Origin: Podarcis bocagei
Taxonomy: Eukaryota
Length of the DNA: 64,000 nt
Assembly: GCA_964188305.1 (NCBI GenBank)
Contig: OZ076886.1
Direction: 5' to 3' (one strand)
Both the position numbers and the translations under genes were made by a program. This document shows, piece by piece, positions 1-10,078 of this stretch (position 1 is the stretch's first letter; every line of letters begins with the position of its first letter). The notes under the pieces are model-generated. The model worked only from the letters and a program-made list of their open reading frames with translations, did no database searches and had not been told where the DNA came from.

Positions 1-2863
1 AGAAATTGTGTGGGTCCTAAAATATCTCTTGAGTGTCAAAGGCCAGGGGAAAGAGGCACATCTGTATTCACCAACTACAGTGAAGTTGCCAGACACACCA
101 TTGTGGGGGAGGGAATTCCACACTGCCACAGAAAATGCCCTCCTAGGTCACCACACCTGAGCTTCTGAGGGCAGCTATCTCATTGTGTTTTTCTTCCTGT
201 GTATTTGTTTCATTGGCACACACATTGATGTACAGCTAAGGGTAACTATTTTGCAAAAGCACACAGTGCTTCCAATTAGAGACAGACACTGTAGTGCTTC
301 TAATGGGTCCCAGACACTCACCAAGTGGTTCTTAATTAAGTCTGATGGAGGACCTACTTAAGATCTTTGCCAGCCGGAAAAGACTTGGGGTGGGGAGGAA
401 CCATGATGAATGCAGATGGTATTATTCAGAGAAGAAAAGCTGGTGTGGTGTCGTAGGCTTGGAAAGAGGAAGGAGGCTCACATTCCCTCAGCCTATGAAG
501 CCCATTTGCCCCCTAGTCCATGGGCAAGTCACAGATACCTCTCAAGGGCAGAAGGTAAGGTTTGTGGTTTCACCTAAATGGTTTCCTGCCTCTGCCCACA
601 GGTATTCTCTGAATTTGCGAATTGCTTTCGATGACTGGACATCTGTTCCTTGTATACACAATATGGCTGATGGCACAGGCTCTGTGTAAAGACAAATTCC
701 TGGAACATTATGTTTTCACATCTTATGCTGACATAAGGCATATAAATATTACAGTTTCTAGGAATTACAATTTTTAACTAATAAGGCACACATCTCTTAC
801 AGTTGCGCCTAGAAAACCGTGAAATTCTTTAGCCCTCCCCAACCCTTGCTGCAGGCTGTGCCTCCCAAGCAGAATCTAAGAGTACAGAACCTTCTTTCTG
901 TAACGTAACAGGCCCTTTCGGAGCATGTAGATCTGGGGGTTGTATTAAATGGGCCTTGTGTAGATTTGGGGGAGCTGCAAGTCTTTTGGGGGGCAGTGTC
1001 GCACAACTGGAATGAGAAGCATGATAGCATTTCTGGGCTAGATGCCTTCAGGGCATTGCCCTTTTAAAGCAGCATGTGTATCAAAGTTTTCCATTCAAAG
1101 CACTTTGTGTCAGAGAGATGGATTCTAGCTTAGCCTTTTCAGTAAAGCGATATCTTAGTTTTGCACACATGCAAAGGGTTTTACATGCATGGGATTGCTT
1201 TCAAAGGAGCAGCCCCCCTTCATATACCTTGTGGGGTCATATGGACTGAACCACATGTAGCATTAAAAGACTGGTGCGCTCCTTAGTCAACCAAGTGAAA
1301 TAAAAATGGGAGCAAAACCTGCATGCACAATCCTTTTTCTGTATGGCTAGCGCTGGAGCAATGCTTTGGGAAGCCGGTATGGTAATTAATGCTACTCTGC
1401 TTACCACTTTAAAAAAAAACAAAACCTCTTAAGAACCACCCTGCTGGATGAGACCAAAGACCCATCGAGTCCAGCATCCTGTTCTGAGAGTGGCCAACCA
1501 AATGCCTATGAGAAGGCCACCAACAGAGCAGGCACACAGCAGCATTCTAGGCAGCTGGCATTCGGAAAAGTGCTGCATCCGATACTAGAAGCAGTCCAGC
1601 CACCATAGCTAGTAGCCATTAATAACTTTATCCTTCACAAACCTCTTTCAAAACCATCCGAATTGAAGGTCATTACTATATGTTGTGGTTGCAACTATGT
1701 ACTGTGAAAAAAATGCTTCCTTTTGTCTCTCTAGAATCTTTTGACATTCAGCTTCATTAGATGGTGTTGGGTTTTGGTATTCTATGTGGCAGGCAGAGAC
1801 GTATCTCCAGCCACTCTGTGTGCATAATTTTATATAACTTTGTCATGCCACACCTAACTTGCCATATTTTCAAAACTAAAAAGCCCCCAAAATTGTAACC
1901 TTTCCCCCAAGGTAGTTGTTCAAGTCTCATCATCATTTTGGTTGTCTGTTTTTGAACTTTTTTTCTGTTCTACCAAATAACTTCTTTGGATGTGGTGTCT
2001 AAGTGCGGTCGCATCACAGATTTGTATAAGGGCATTATGAAGGTCCCTGCTCCTTAACATGGAATTTGCCTTTTTCACATTTGCTGCACACAAAGTCTGC
2101 ATTTTCATTGGCCAACTACCAGGGCAAGTCTCAATACTGATCCTTGTAGGACTCCACTTCTTACACCCTTCCTTTGTGAGAACTGTCCATTTTCCCCAAC
2201 TCTCTGGTTCCTGTTCTTTAACCAGATAACTGATCCATAAAATGACCTCTCTTCTTACCCCATGACTGCTAAGCTCAGGAGTCTTCAGTGAGGGACTTTT
2301 ATCAAATGCTTTTTGTCAGACTAAGTACATATGGTTGACTGGGTCACACCTATCCAAATGTTTATTGATACTCCCAAAGGACTTTAAAAGGTTAGTGAGA
2401 CAGGAAAACTGCAGCCTAAAGAACAGCAACAGTCCTAATTCTGCCAAGAAGACTCTTTTCCACCAAACCACATCCACTTGCTCTATATGTGATGTCAGGT
2501 GTGGGGCAGGTAAAGATGGGGAGCTTTAAAGTGCTCTCCTGATCGTTCCTTGGCAAGCAAAGCTTGGTGTCTGTGCTGATCAGTGCCGCTGGGATTTGCT
2601 GTGTTGCTGACCTGCCAAAATGACCTGTCAAAGGTGGAGAGCTCAACTAGCCAATAATTTCTCAGATCCATCCTGGACTCCTTTTTTTAAAAATGGTGTT
2701 AGAGTGGCCAATTTATCCTCTTCCATACAAGACTGATCTTGGGGACAAGCCATATATTTTTTGTTTGAAGGATTCTTCAAGAACTCTCGGGTGGTTACCA
2801 ATGGGACTTGGTGATTTGTTTGGTTTTAATTTGTCAGTGATGCCTAGAACTTTACCTCTTCTC

Positions 2864-3048
2864 GTGAGGATTTGCTGAACTAAATATTTGAAATGGGAAT
2901 GCAGAAAGGGGAGGTATGAGGAGGTCGATGAAGTAAGTTTTAAGAAAATAAGGTTCTGAAATTATACTTGTTCTTTTCTTGTGTTTGTGTGTATTGTTTT
3001 GTTTGATATAATTTGTAAAACTTCAATAAATATCTTTAAAAAAAAAAA
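2864..3048 (+). mobile_element. 5'-truncated L1-type 3' end with poly(A) and an 18-bp TSD
   Basis: agaactttacctcttctc at 2846-2863 and 3049-3066; AATAAA plus A-tail; homologous to 37749-38008. Confidence 0.85.
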
Positions 3049-3334
3049 AGAACTTTACCTCTTCTCACCAGTTTGCTTCAGTTCAGGCACAGGGATCTGC
3101 CCTGCATTTTCTGCAGTGAAGACAGATGCAAGGAATTTATTCAGCTCCTCCGCAATCTCACTTTCTTCTTTTATCACTCCTTTGATTTCCCCCATCATTT
3201 AAAGATCCAACTGCCTCCCAGTTTCCTGCTTTTTATGTATTCAATTTTTTTGTTGGTCTTAATGTTTTTAGTGATGTGCTTTGCAAACTTTTCTTTTTTT
3301 GCATCCCTTGTTGTCTGCTTGCATTTCTTTGCAT

Positions 3335-3376
3335 TTCCCTGTTTAGGGAAGTTTTTAATGTTTGATGTTTTATCAC

Positions 3377-3427
<51 letters not shown>

Positions 3428-3523
3428 GTTATATTGGGAGCCGCCCAGAGTGGCTGGGGAAACCCAGCCAGATGGGCGGAGTATAAATAATAAATTATTT
3501 TTATTTTATTTTATTTTATTTTA
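3335..3523 (+). mobile_element. L2-type LINE 3' tail containing a (TAT)n microsatellite (3379-3427)
   Basis: gccgcccagagtggctggggaaacccagccagatgggcgg..ataaataataaattatt, same family as 19370-19503. Confidence 0.8.
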
Positions 3524-4265
3524 TCAAAGTTCATGCTGCTTTTTGCTCTTCACATTTCGGCAGGACTTTCATTTTCTGCAGGACTTTCATTTTCTGAAGG
3601 AAGACTTCTTGACTCTAATGCCTTCCTATACATTCTAAATGGGCTTCTGTCATAGTTTTGAAGAACTTGCAAGCATCTTTGAGAGATTTGACCCTTTTGA
3701 CTGGTAAAAAGGAAGCTGAACGGCAGTTTTCTCATTTTTGAGAATTTTCCTTTTTTGAAGTCAAATGTAACTGTTGGACTTGCTGGCAATGTCCCACTTA
3801 CATCTACGTTGAATTTGATAACACTGGTCACAGTTCCCAGTTGGCTCATCAACACTTAAATCTTGCACCCGGTCCTGGGTGCCTTTTAAGATTAAGTTGA
3901 GGGTAGCCTCCCTTCCATTCAGTTCCATGGCCAGCTGTTTTCGGGCATTGTCATTTGGGGTATTTAGAAACTTTGTCTCTTTATCATGACCAGATCACAC
4001 ATGTACCCAGACACCCATTGTTACAACATTTCCTCATTTGGATACCTGCTTGATTTCATACATCATCTCAAGATCACCTTGCACACTTTAGCTGAGGGCT
4101 GGGGGTGATAATACTTTTCCCAGTACTAAGGGACTCCTGGGACATGGAATTGCCTCTCATAGTGATGCAGTGGAGGAGAGTGCACATCTTCAATTGGAAT
4201 CCCATAGAGAAATGACACGTGGGTGTGTTTCTCTTGAGATAATAGCTTCTCGTCTCGTTTTTCAG

Positions 4266-4406
4266 GGCCAAGTTACCCGCGCACAGGAGGCTGAAGAGAA
4301 CTACATCATCAAGCGAGAACTGGCAGTGGTTAAGCAACAGTGCAGTTCAGCAACCGAGAATTTGCAGAAGGCTCAAAGCACTATTCGGCAAATGCAGGAA
4401 CAGCAG
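4266..4406 (+). CDS. EVI5L: EVI5L exon GQVTRAQEAEENYIIKRELAVVKQQCSSATENLQKAQSTIRQMQEQQ
   Basis: ttttcag acceptor, gtgatg donor, 141 bp. Confidence 0.92.
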
Positions 4407-7400
4407 GTGATGGGCATCACAAATGAAACAGTCCGGGGCACGAGGAGGGGGTGAAATTAAAGAGGTACAAGTACCGTATTCTTTGCTCTATAAGACTCAC
4501 TTTTTCCCTCCTAAAAAGTAAGGGGAAATGTGTGTGTGTCTTATGGAGCAAACGCAGGCTGCTCAGCTATCCCAGAAGCCAGAACAGCAAGAGGGATTGC
4601 TGCTTTCACTGCACAGTGATCCATCTTGCTGTTCTGGCTTCTGAGATTCAGAATATTTTTTTTCTTGTTTTCCTCCTCCAAAAACTAGGTGCGTCTTGTG
4701 GTCTGGTGCATCTTATAGAGCGAAAAGTACGGTGAACTGGTTTGGTGTTGGTGGTTTTCCTGGCCCAAGAAGTACAGAGTAGCCCCTATTTCTTCTCTCT
4801 CTCTCTCTCTCTCTTTCTCTCTTCCTAATAGCACAGATAATTCAGTGCACTCAAATTCATGGGTTTTTAAAAATTAGTTTTGCCATATTTTGGTCACTAA
4901 GAACATTAATGAACACATGAATGTGCACTGAGTAAATATACCTTTGTCTTCCTAGTGCAGAGGGAGGGAATCTTTTTGGCTGCACAGGCCAGATCTCTTT
5001 TCAGGAGCTGCCTCATGGGCCAAATTTGAAATGAGGGGAGGGTCAGTGGCAGAATGTTAAACATCTCCCTGCCTACTTTTCTGCCCCCTACAAGTGCATT
5101 TTGGTAAACACGCTCAACCACTGCAGTAAAAACTGTAGAAAACATTGAAGATGGCATTTGTTACCTGAAGGCTTATGGATGGTTGCAACATCTAGGAACT
5201 AGTAGCAGTAGTAATAATAATACAGTGGTACCTCGCAAGACGAATGCCTCGCAAGACGAAAAACGCGCAAGACGAAAGAGTTTCCATTTTTTGAGTCGTT
5301 CCGCAAGACGAATTTCCCTATGGGCTTGCTTTGCAAGACGAAATGTCTTGCGAGTTCTTGCGAGTTTGTTTCCTTTTTCTTAAAGCCGCTAAGCCGTTAA
5401 TAGCCGCTAAGCCGCTAATAGCCGTGCTTCGCAAGACGAAAAAACCGCAAGACGAAGAGACTCGCGGAACTGATTAATTTTGTCTTGCGAGGCACCACTG
5501 TACTATATTACTTGTACCTCGCCCATCCAACTGGGTTGTCCCAGCCACTCTGGTTTTATCAACGTTTCTCATCCTGTTTGCAGGGAAATCCCCGCTACTC
5601 TGAGGAGTTTGTGAGTCACCTGGAAACAGAGCTGGAACAGTCACGTTTGCGGGAGTCTGAGACCCTGAGTGCACTTAAAGAGATGCAGGACAAAGTGCTG
5701 GACATGGAGAAGGTACATTGGCTAAAAGGTCTAGCATGAAACATGCATGTTTTAGAAAGCAACCTAGGCTAGTAGGGCCTGAGCTCCCAAAAGCTTGATA
5801 CAGACCTCTCTGCAATGCTCATGTTGATGAAGATTGTATTATGGGGGGTGAATTTACACTTATCAGTCTCAGCAAGGAAAAGTCAAGAGATTACCTTTTC
5901 TTGTTTGCTCTTCTATGATTAGTCTTCCTTTCTGAATATACACCTTGGGGTTGCATCAGTAGTTTCTGCAGAAAAACTGTTGAAAACCGCACTTTTCAAG
6001 GGCAGTTTAAATACGGATTTTATCATGATCAAGATGCATTCAGGAGAAATTGTCGTCACGGGAAAGATAGCAGGGAAAGAGCAATTTTGGGTGAGATTCA
6101 TCCTCGCAAAACTCATCAGAACTTATTGGGTATATTCATCCTGGGACTCTAGGTAGCATGCGTGATATTTAAAGAGGTCTGGTCTTCCTGATTGCACTCT
6201 TCAGAATTTGGACTTTTGGGCACCAGAGTGGGTTGAAATGCTTCAACAATATCACAAACCCTCTTCCCTCGGCAGAAGAATAGCTTGCTTCCAGATGAAA
6301 ACAATGTGGCCCGCCTTCAGGAAGAGCTGAAGGCTATGAAAGTGCGGGAGTCTGAGGCTATGAAATCCTTTCGGGAACTGCAGCAGCAGGTGAAGGAGCT
6401 CAACGACAATTGGCAGGTATGATCCACTGGAATGGTGGCTCGCTAAAGCAGTGCCCTACTTCCTTGTCCCTGTTGCTGAATTCCTATATGCTGCTGTTTG
6501 GGTGACATGTGGTAGCCCCCTTTTTTATGGAAGGCTGCAAGGGCTTGACCTGTAAATTACATAGCAGTATATCTGATACTCATACCGAGCAAGGGTTTTA
6601 AATAAAAGTTAGTTAGATATATAAGCAATCACAGCATATAAGGAAATAGCATGGTCTTAAAGTAGAGCACATGGGAGTGTTGAGACCAATGAGCATCATA
6701 TGCCTATACTAAGATGTGAAGGTTATCCTTCTGTCTCCCTCACTCTAGGCCCACCTGAGCCGGACAGGCGGGCGATGGAAGGAGTCTCCTCGCAAGAACA
6801 CGATGAATGACCTCCAAGACGAATTGATGAGCCTCCGTCTGCGTGAGACGCAGGCCCAAGCTGAAGTCCGTGAACTGCGTCAGAGGGTGGTGGAACTTGA
6901 AACCCAGGTGACAAACTTTTGTTGTTGTTGTTGTTGAGTTGCAGTTATGACTCCTTGAAAAAAATAAAATTTCTTCCCATCTATTCTTATGGCTAGAAAT
7001 TGACTTGAGATCTTTCCACTTGCAATGTGAACATATTTCCTTAACTGAAGACCTGGTTTGCGGGGTTTTTAACATGCAAACGATGAATGTATAGGGTTTT
7101 GTACTGTATTATAGGCACTTATTGAGTACACTCAGAGTGTGCCACGTAAGAATATGGTGCACACCAACCTATTTGTCATAAGCGTGTCTGGTCTTGGAAG
7201 TGTCCAAGTATCTTCTTGCCTTTATTCCAGGATCAGATCCACAGCAACCATTTAAACCGGATGGAGCAGGAGTGTGCTGGGCTGCACGAAAAGGTCCAGT
7301 ACCTTACGGCCCAGAACAAGGGGCTGCAGACCCAGCTGAGTGAGACCAAGCGCAAGCATGCTGAATCCGAGTGCAAGGTGAGATCTGGTCTAATGCCATG

Positions 7401-10078
7401 CAGTTGACATAGGCTGCTTTCCCTTAAGCCTTTCATGTATGACAAAGAAGGAATCTTGCTGCACTGCTGCTCTGAAGTCAAGGAACTCAGAGCAGAAATC
7501 ATGCAAATTTACAGAATACACCCCACCCTCCAAATCAGTTCCTTGGCACTGATGCCCTGCATTGGCTTACCAGTTGTGGTTTGTTTCATCCGTTCCCATT
7601 TCAATATAACATTAAACCAGAGATTGTGATTTGTGGCTTCATGCTAGGGAGGGAAGGAAGCGGGTGCCCATTTGTGTATTCATGAAAAACAATTGACTAT
7701 TTACCATGACATGCAAACACATCCATGGGGAGCCCAGATTTTGTCTGTTTATTCTGAAGAGGAGACTGGGCTCCTGCACGTCTCACATCCTTGATTTTAG
7801 CCGCTGTCCTGGATTTTAGTCAGTGTCCTGTGTGTATTCCTGGGAATTCCAGGTAGTTTAGTGACTCATTGTGGGTCTCGTGAGATCTTCAGCTGCCAAA
7901 AGAAACTGCAGGCGATCCTCCCCCCAACCCCCATTGGCTGACCTTGTTGCTTGCACTCCACTGGGCTGCTGCCACTGGCTTGCATTTTCTGTTTCAGAGC
8001 AAAGAAGAGGTGATGGCTGTGCGCCTGCGAGAAGCCGACAGCATGGCTGCAGTGGCAGAGATGCGGCAGCGGATTGCTGAGCTGGAGATCCAGGTTAGGG
8101 AGCAAGGAGCATAAGGAGCAATGAACCTGCCTTGTACCTAAAGCAGCATTTTCCCCCAGGAGTATTTGTTTCTTCTTGTATGAACTGTTGTTCCTTTTGT
8201 GTCTGCAGCTAGCTGAGAGGTCTGGGGGCTGAAAATATGTTTTATTTGTCATTGTTTAAACCAGGGGTAGTCAGTGTTGGTCCCCTTCTTTAGTTCTGCT
8301 TACACAGCTTACAAGTAGGGGTTTGTTTGTTTTTTGGTTTTTTTAAGAGACCTGAAGATCAAGCATTCAACTTTTGTTTACATAAGGAATTCTGCATAGG
8401 AAATACAGACTCTCTTGTTTCTCCAGTTTCCTTTTTCAAAACATAAACAATCAGCCACACGGACTGTGTCAAATTTGTATAATGTAGACAAAGTGCTTGC
8501 TCATTTGTGCAGTCTGTGAAATAATGCCTACAAAGGGGAGGAGGAGGAAGCAAATGTGCTTTCTCTCCACTTCCTTCTCTGCCAAGCACCTGGCTCTTCT
8601 AAATTCCCATCTCTTCTTTCTTCCACACAGAGGGAAGAAGGGATGATTCAGGGCCAGCTCAACAACTCCGACTCCTCCCAGTACATCCGTGAACTGAAGG
8701 ATCAGATTGATGAGCTCAAGGCAGAGGTGAGCCCAAACTAGTAGGAGAAAGGGAGGAGGGATCCACCAAGGGGTTGGGGTTGTGTGACTTCTGGTGTCTT
8801 CTCTGCTGGCCTCCGTTAGCACCCTGCATCAAGTCACGGCTGCCTGTTTTTCATTTTGAAGATTTAATATTTATTGTTTGCAATCGAAGAATACAAATAC
8901 GCCTCCGTCTGTGTCCCCATTCCTTCTCTCCAGCTGCCTATTTCGGTGCAGGGCCTCCAGCTGGAGAACAGACATAAGCGACTGGGGCTTACAAAACTGC
9001 TGATTTCCTCAGGAGCTGATAGAGATCAGAAGTCAGCTTTTAAGGTGCGAGTCAACCAGGTGGTTGGCTACCAGTTGGAACTCACTGCAAAGGAGCTCCA
9101 AAGACTCTCACCATGAGCCTTTGTCCGGGGCATAGGAAGGAGATTTCAGTGGGCGAGAACTAGGGTAATGATGGAAGGTGCAGAGTAAGTTACCCCCCAC
9201 ACCTATGTGACGCAAAAAATAAATAAATCCCCTTTTTCTTGCTGTAAAGCTAGCCATCTCTGCCTCTCACACACCTGCGGAAAAGTCTTCCCTCTCAAAA
9301 GTTATTCATTTTCACAGCCCTTGCCAACCCTGGGAGGGCATGTTCATGTAACACAGACAAATGTGCTCTTCTGTTCCAACCAGGGTGGAGACTGTATATG
9401 TTGTTTGATAAACCTCTGATCTGGGGCGCGGCTTCCATTTCAACTTACTCCCTGAGCACAGGCTCTCCACTGTTTTCAGGAGCTTTTTGTGCATGTTCTG
9501 CGTGAGGCGTCCTCTCCACCCTGGGTTCTTTCTCTGCATCAGAGTTAATGTAATCTAACGGTCCCATTAGGCAGAGTGCCAAGTCCATCATGGCTGTCCC
9601 AGTGCAGTTGTTAGGAACCTGCGTCCCTCTGGATACCATGGGGCTCCCCACTCTCGTCAGCCCCAACCAGCATGGCCAAAGGGTCAGAGACAGTGGGAGT
9701 TGTACTCTGAGGGTTCGCAGGACCCCCCCCCCTTCCTATCTTTGCCCTAACGCCTTCTCCCTGCAGATTCGGCTGATGAAGGGACAGAAGCCTTTTGAGG
9801 ACTCCATGGGCTTTGACGGCATCCACATTGTGAGTCACCTGGCGGTGGATGACGACTCACTGCACTCTTCCGACGAGGAGCTGCTGACCAGCCCCATGGT
9901 GGTAGGTGCCCTGCAGGATGTCTTGTATCCGCTGTCGCCCCACAACACACACTTTCTACGGGGGGCCGAGAGCTCCGGCAAGGAGAGCGACGGCACCACG
10001 GATAGCGATGCGGACGACCCTGCCTCTGCCACCGAGCCCAATGGCGAGATCATCTTCGAAGAAGCCCTGAGCAAATGA
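4266..10078 (+). CDS. EVI5L: EVI5-like Rab GTPase-activating protein, 3' part (coiled-coil region and C-terminus); 8 coding exons in window: 4266-4406, 5584-5712, 6276-6416, 6749-6907, 7231-7377, 7998-8093, 8631-8726, 9767-10078
   Basis: All exons are flanked by AG/GT, all are phase 0, and they join in one frame. Peptides GQVTRAQEAEENY, LPDENNVARLQEEL, GGRWKESPRK, SKEEVMAVRLREADSMAAVAEMRQRIAELEIQ and QGQLNNSDSSQYIRELKDQI match EVI5/EVI5L; proximity to MAP2K7/TGFBR3L favours EVI5L. The TBC-domain exons lie upstream of the window. Confidence 0.93.
4474..4732 (+). mobile_element. Tc1/mariner(pogo)-type MITE, copy 1
   Basis: TIR ccgtattctttgctctataagac ... tcttatagagcgaaaagtacgg; near-identical to 16755-16997. 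Confidence 0.8.
4792..4821 (+). repeat. (CT)n microsatellite
   Basis: tctctctc run. Confidence 0.9.
5223..5500. mobile_element. Tigger/pogo-like MITE with TA TSD
   Basis: ta|cagtggtacctcgcaagac ... gtcttgcgaggcaccactg|ta; internal gcaagacgaa repeats; CpG-rich. Confidence 0.88.
5584..5712 (+). CDS. EVI5L: EVI5L exon GNPRYSEEFVSHLETELEQSRLRESETLSALKEMQDKVLDMEK
   Basis: tttgcag acceptor, gtacat donor, 129 bp. Confidence 0.92.
6276..6416 (+). CDS. EVI5L: EVI5L exon KNSLLPDENNVARLQEELKAMKVRESEAMKSFRELQQQVKELNDNWQ
   Basis: Pyrimidine tract plus cag acceptor (CAG-AAG tandem), gtatga donor, 141 bp; missed by the ORF track. Confidence 0.9.
6749..6907 (+). CDS. EVI5L: EVI5L exon AHLSRTGGRWKESPRKNTMNDLQDELMSLRLRETQAQAEVRELRQRVVELETQ
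   Basis: ctctag acceptor, gtgaca donor, 159 bp. Confidence 0.92.
7231..7377 (+). CDS. EVI5L: EVI5L exon DQIHSNHLNRMEQECAGLHEKVQYLTAQNKGLQTQLSETKRKHAESECK
   Basis: ttccag acceptor, gtgaga donor, 147 bp. Confidence 0.92.
7998..8093 (+). CDS. EVI5L: EVI5L exon SKEEVMAVRLREADSMAAVAEMRQRIAELEIQ
   Basis: tttcag acceptor, gttagg donor, 96 bp. Confidence 0.93.
8631..8726 (+). CDS. EVI5L: EVI5L exon REEGMIQGQLNNSDSSQYIRELKDQIDELKAE
   Basis: Long pyrimidine tract plus cag acceptor, gtgagc donor, 96 bp. Confidence 0.92.
9767..10078 (+). CDS. EVI5L: EVI5L terminal coding exon IRLMKGQKPFEDSMGFDG...EEALSK*
   Basis: ctaac branch point, pyrimidine tract and ctgcag acceptor; acidic DDDSLHSSDEELL segment; TGA at 10076-10078. 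Confidence 0.9.
   Translation: MRLMKGQKPFEDSMGFDGIHIVSHLAVDDDSLHSSDEELLTSPMVVGALQDVLYPLSPHNTHFLRGAESSGKESDGTTDSDADDPASATEPNGEIIFEEALSK

Larger units (their letters stand above)
1430..3990 (-). mobile_element. Degraded CR1 LINE (3' tail near 1430, ORF2 remnants) interrupted by younger insertions
   Basis: CR1-type 3' tail in reverse (ccctgctggat..gaccaaag.cccatc.agtccagcatcctg) and ORF2-like relic TFDFKKGKFSKMRKL; boundaries approximate. Confidence 0.65.

Noticed and set aside
3073-3486. 137-aa ORF with a poly-Tyr run
   Set aside because: Translation of a (TAT)n microsatellite inside TE sequence.
1-4265. Additional upstream EVI5L exons
   Set aside because: No segment matching the preceding EVI5L peptides was recognised; the region is mostly CR1 relic. 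A micro-exon could have been missed.
5230-5460. Short regularly recurring repeats resembling a CRISPR-like array
   Set aside because: Internal repeats of a TA-flanked Tigger-like MITE in vertebrate DNA; no constant repeat/spacer lengths and no cas genes.
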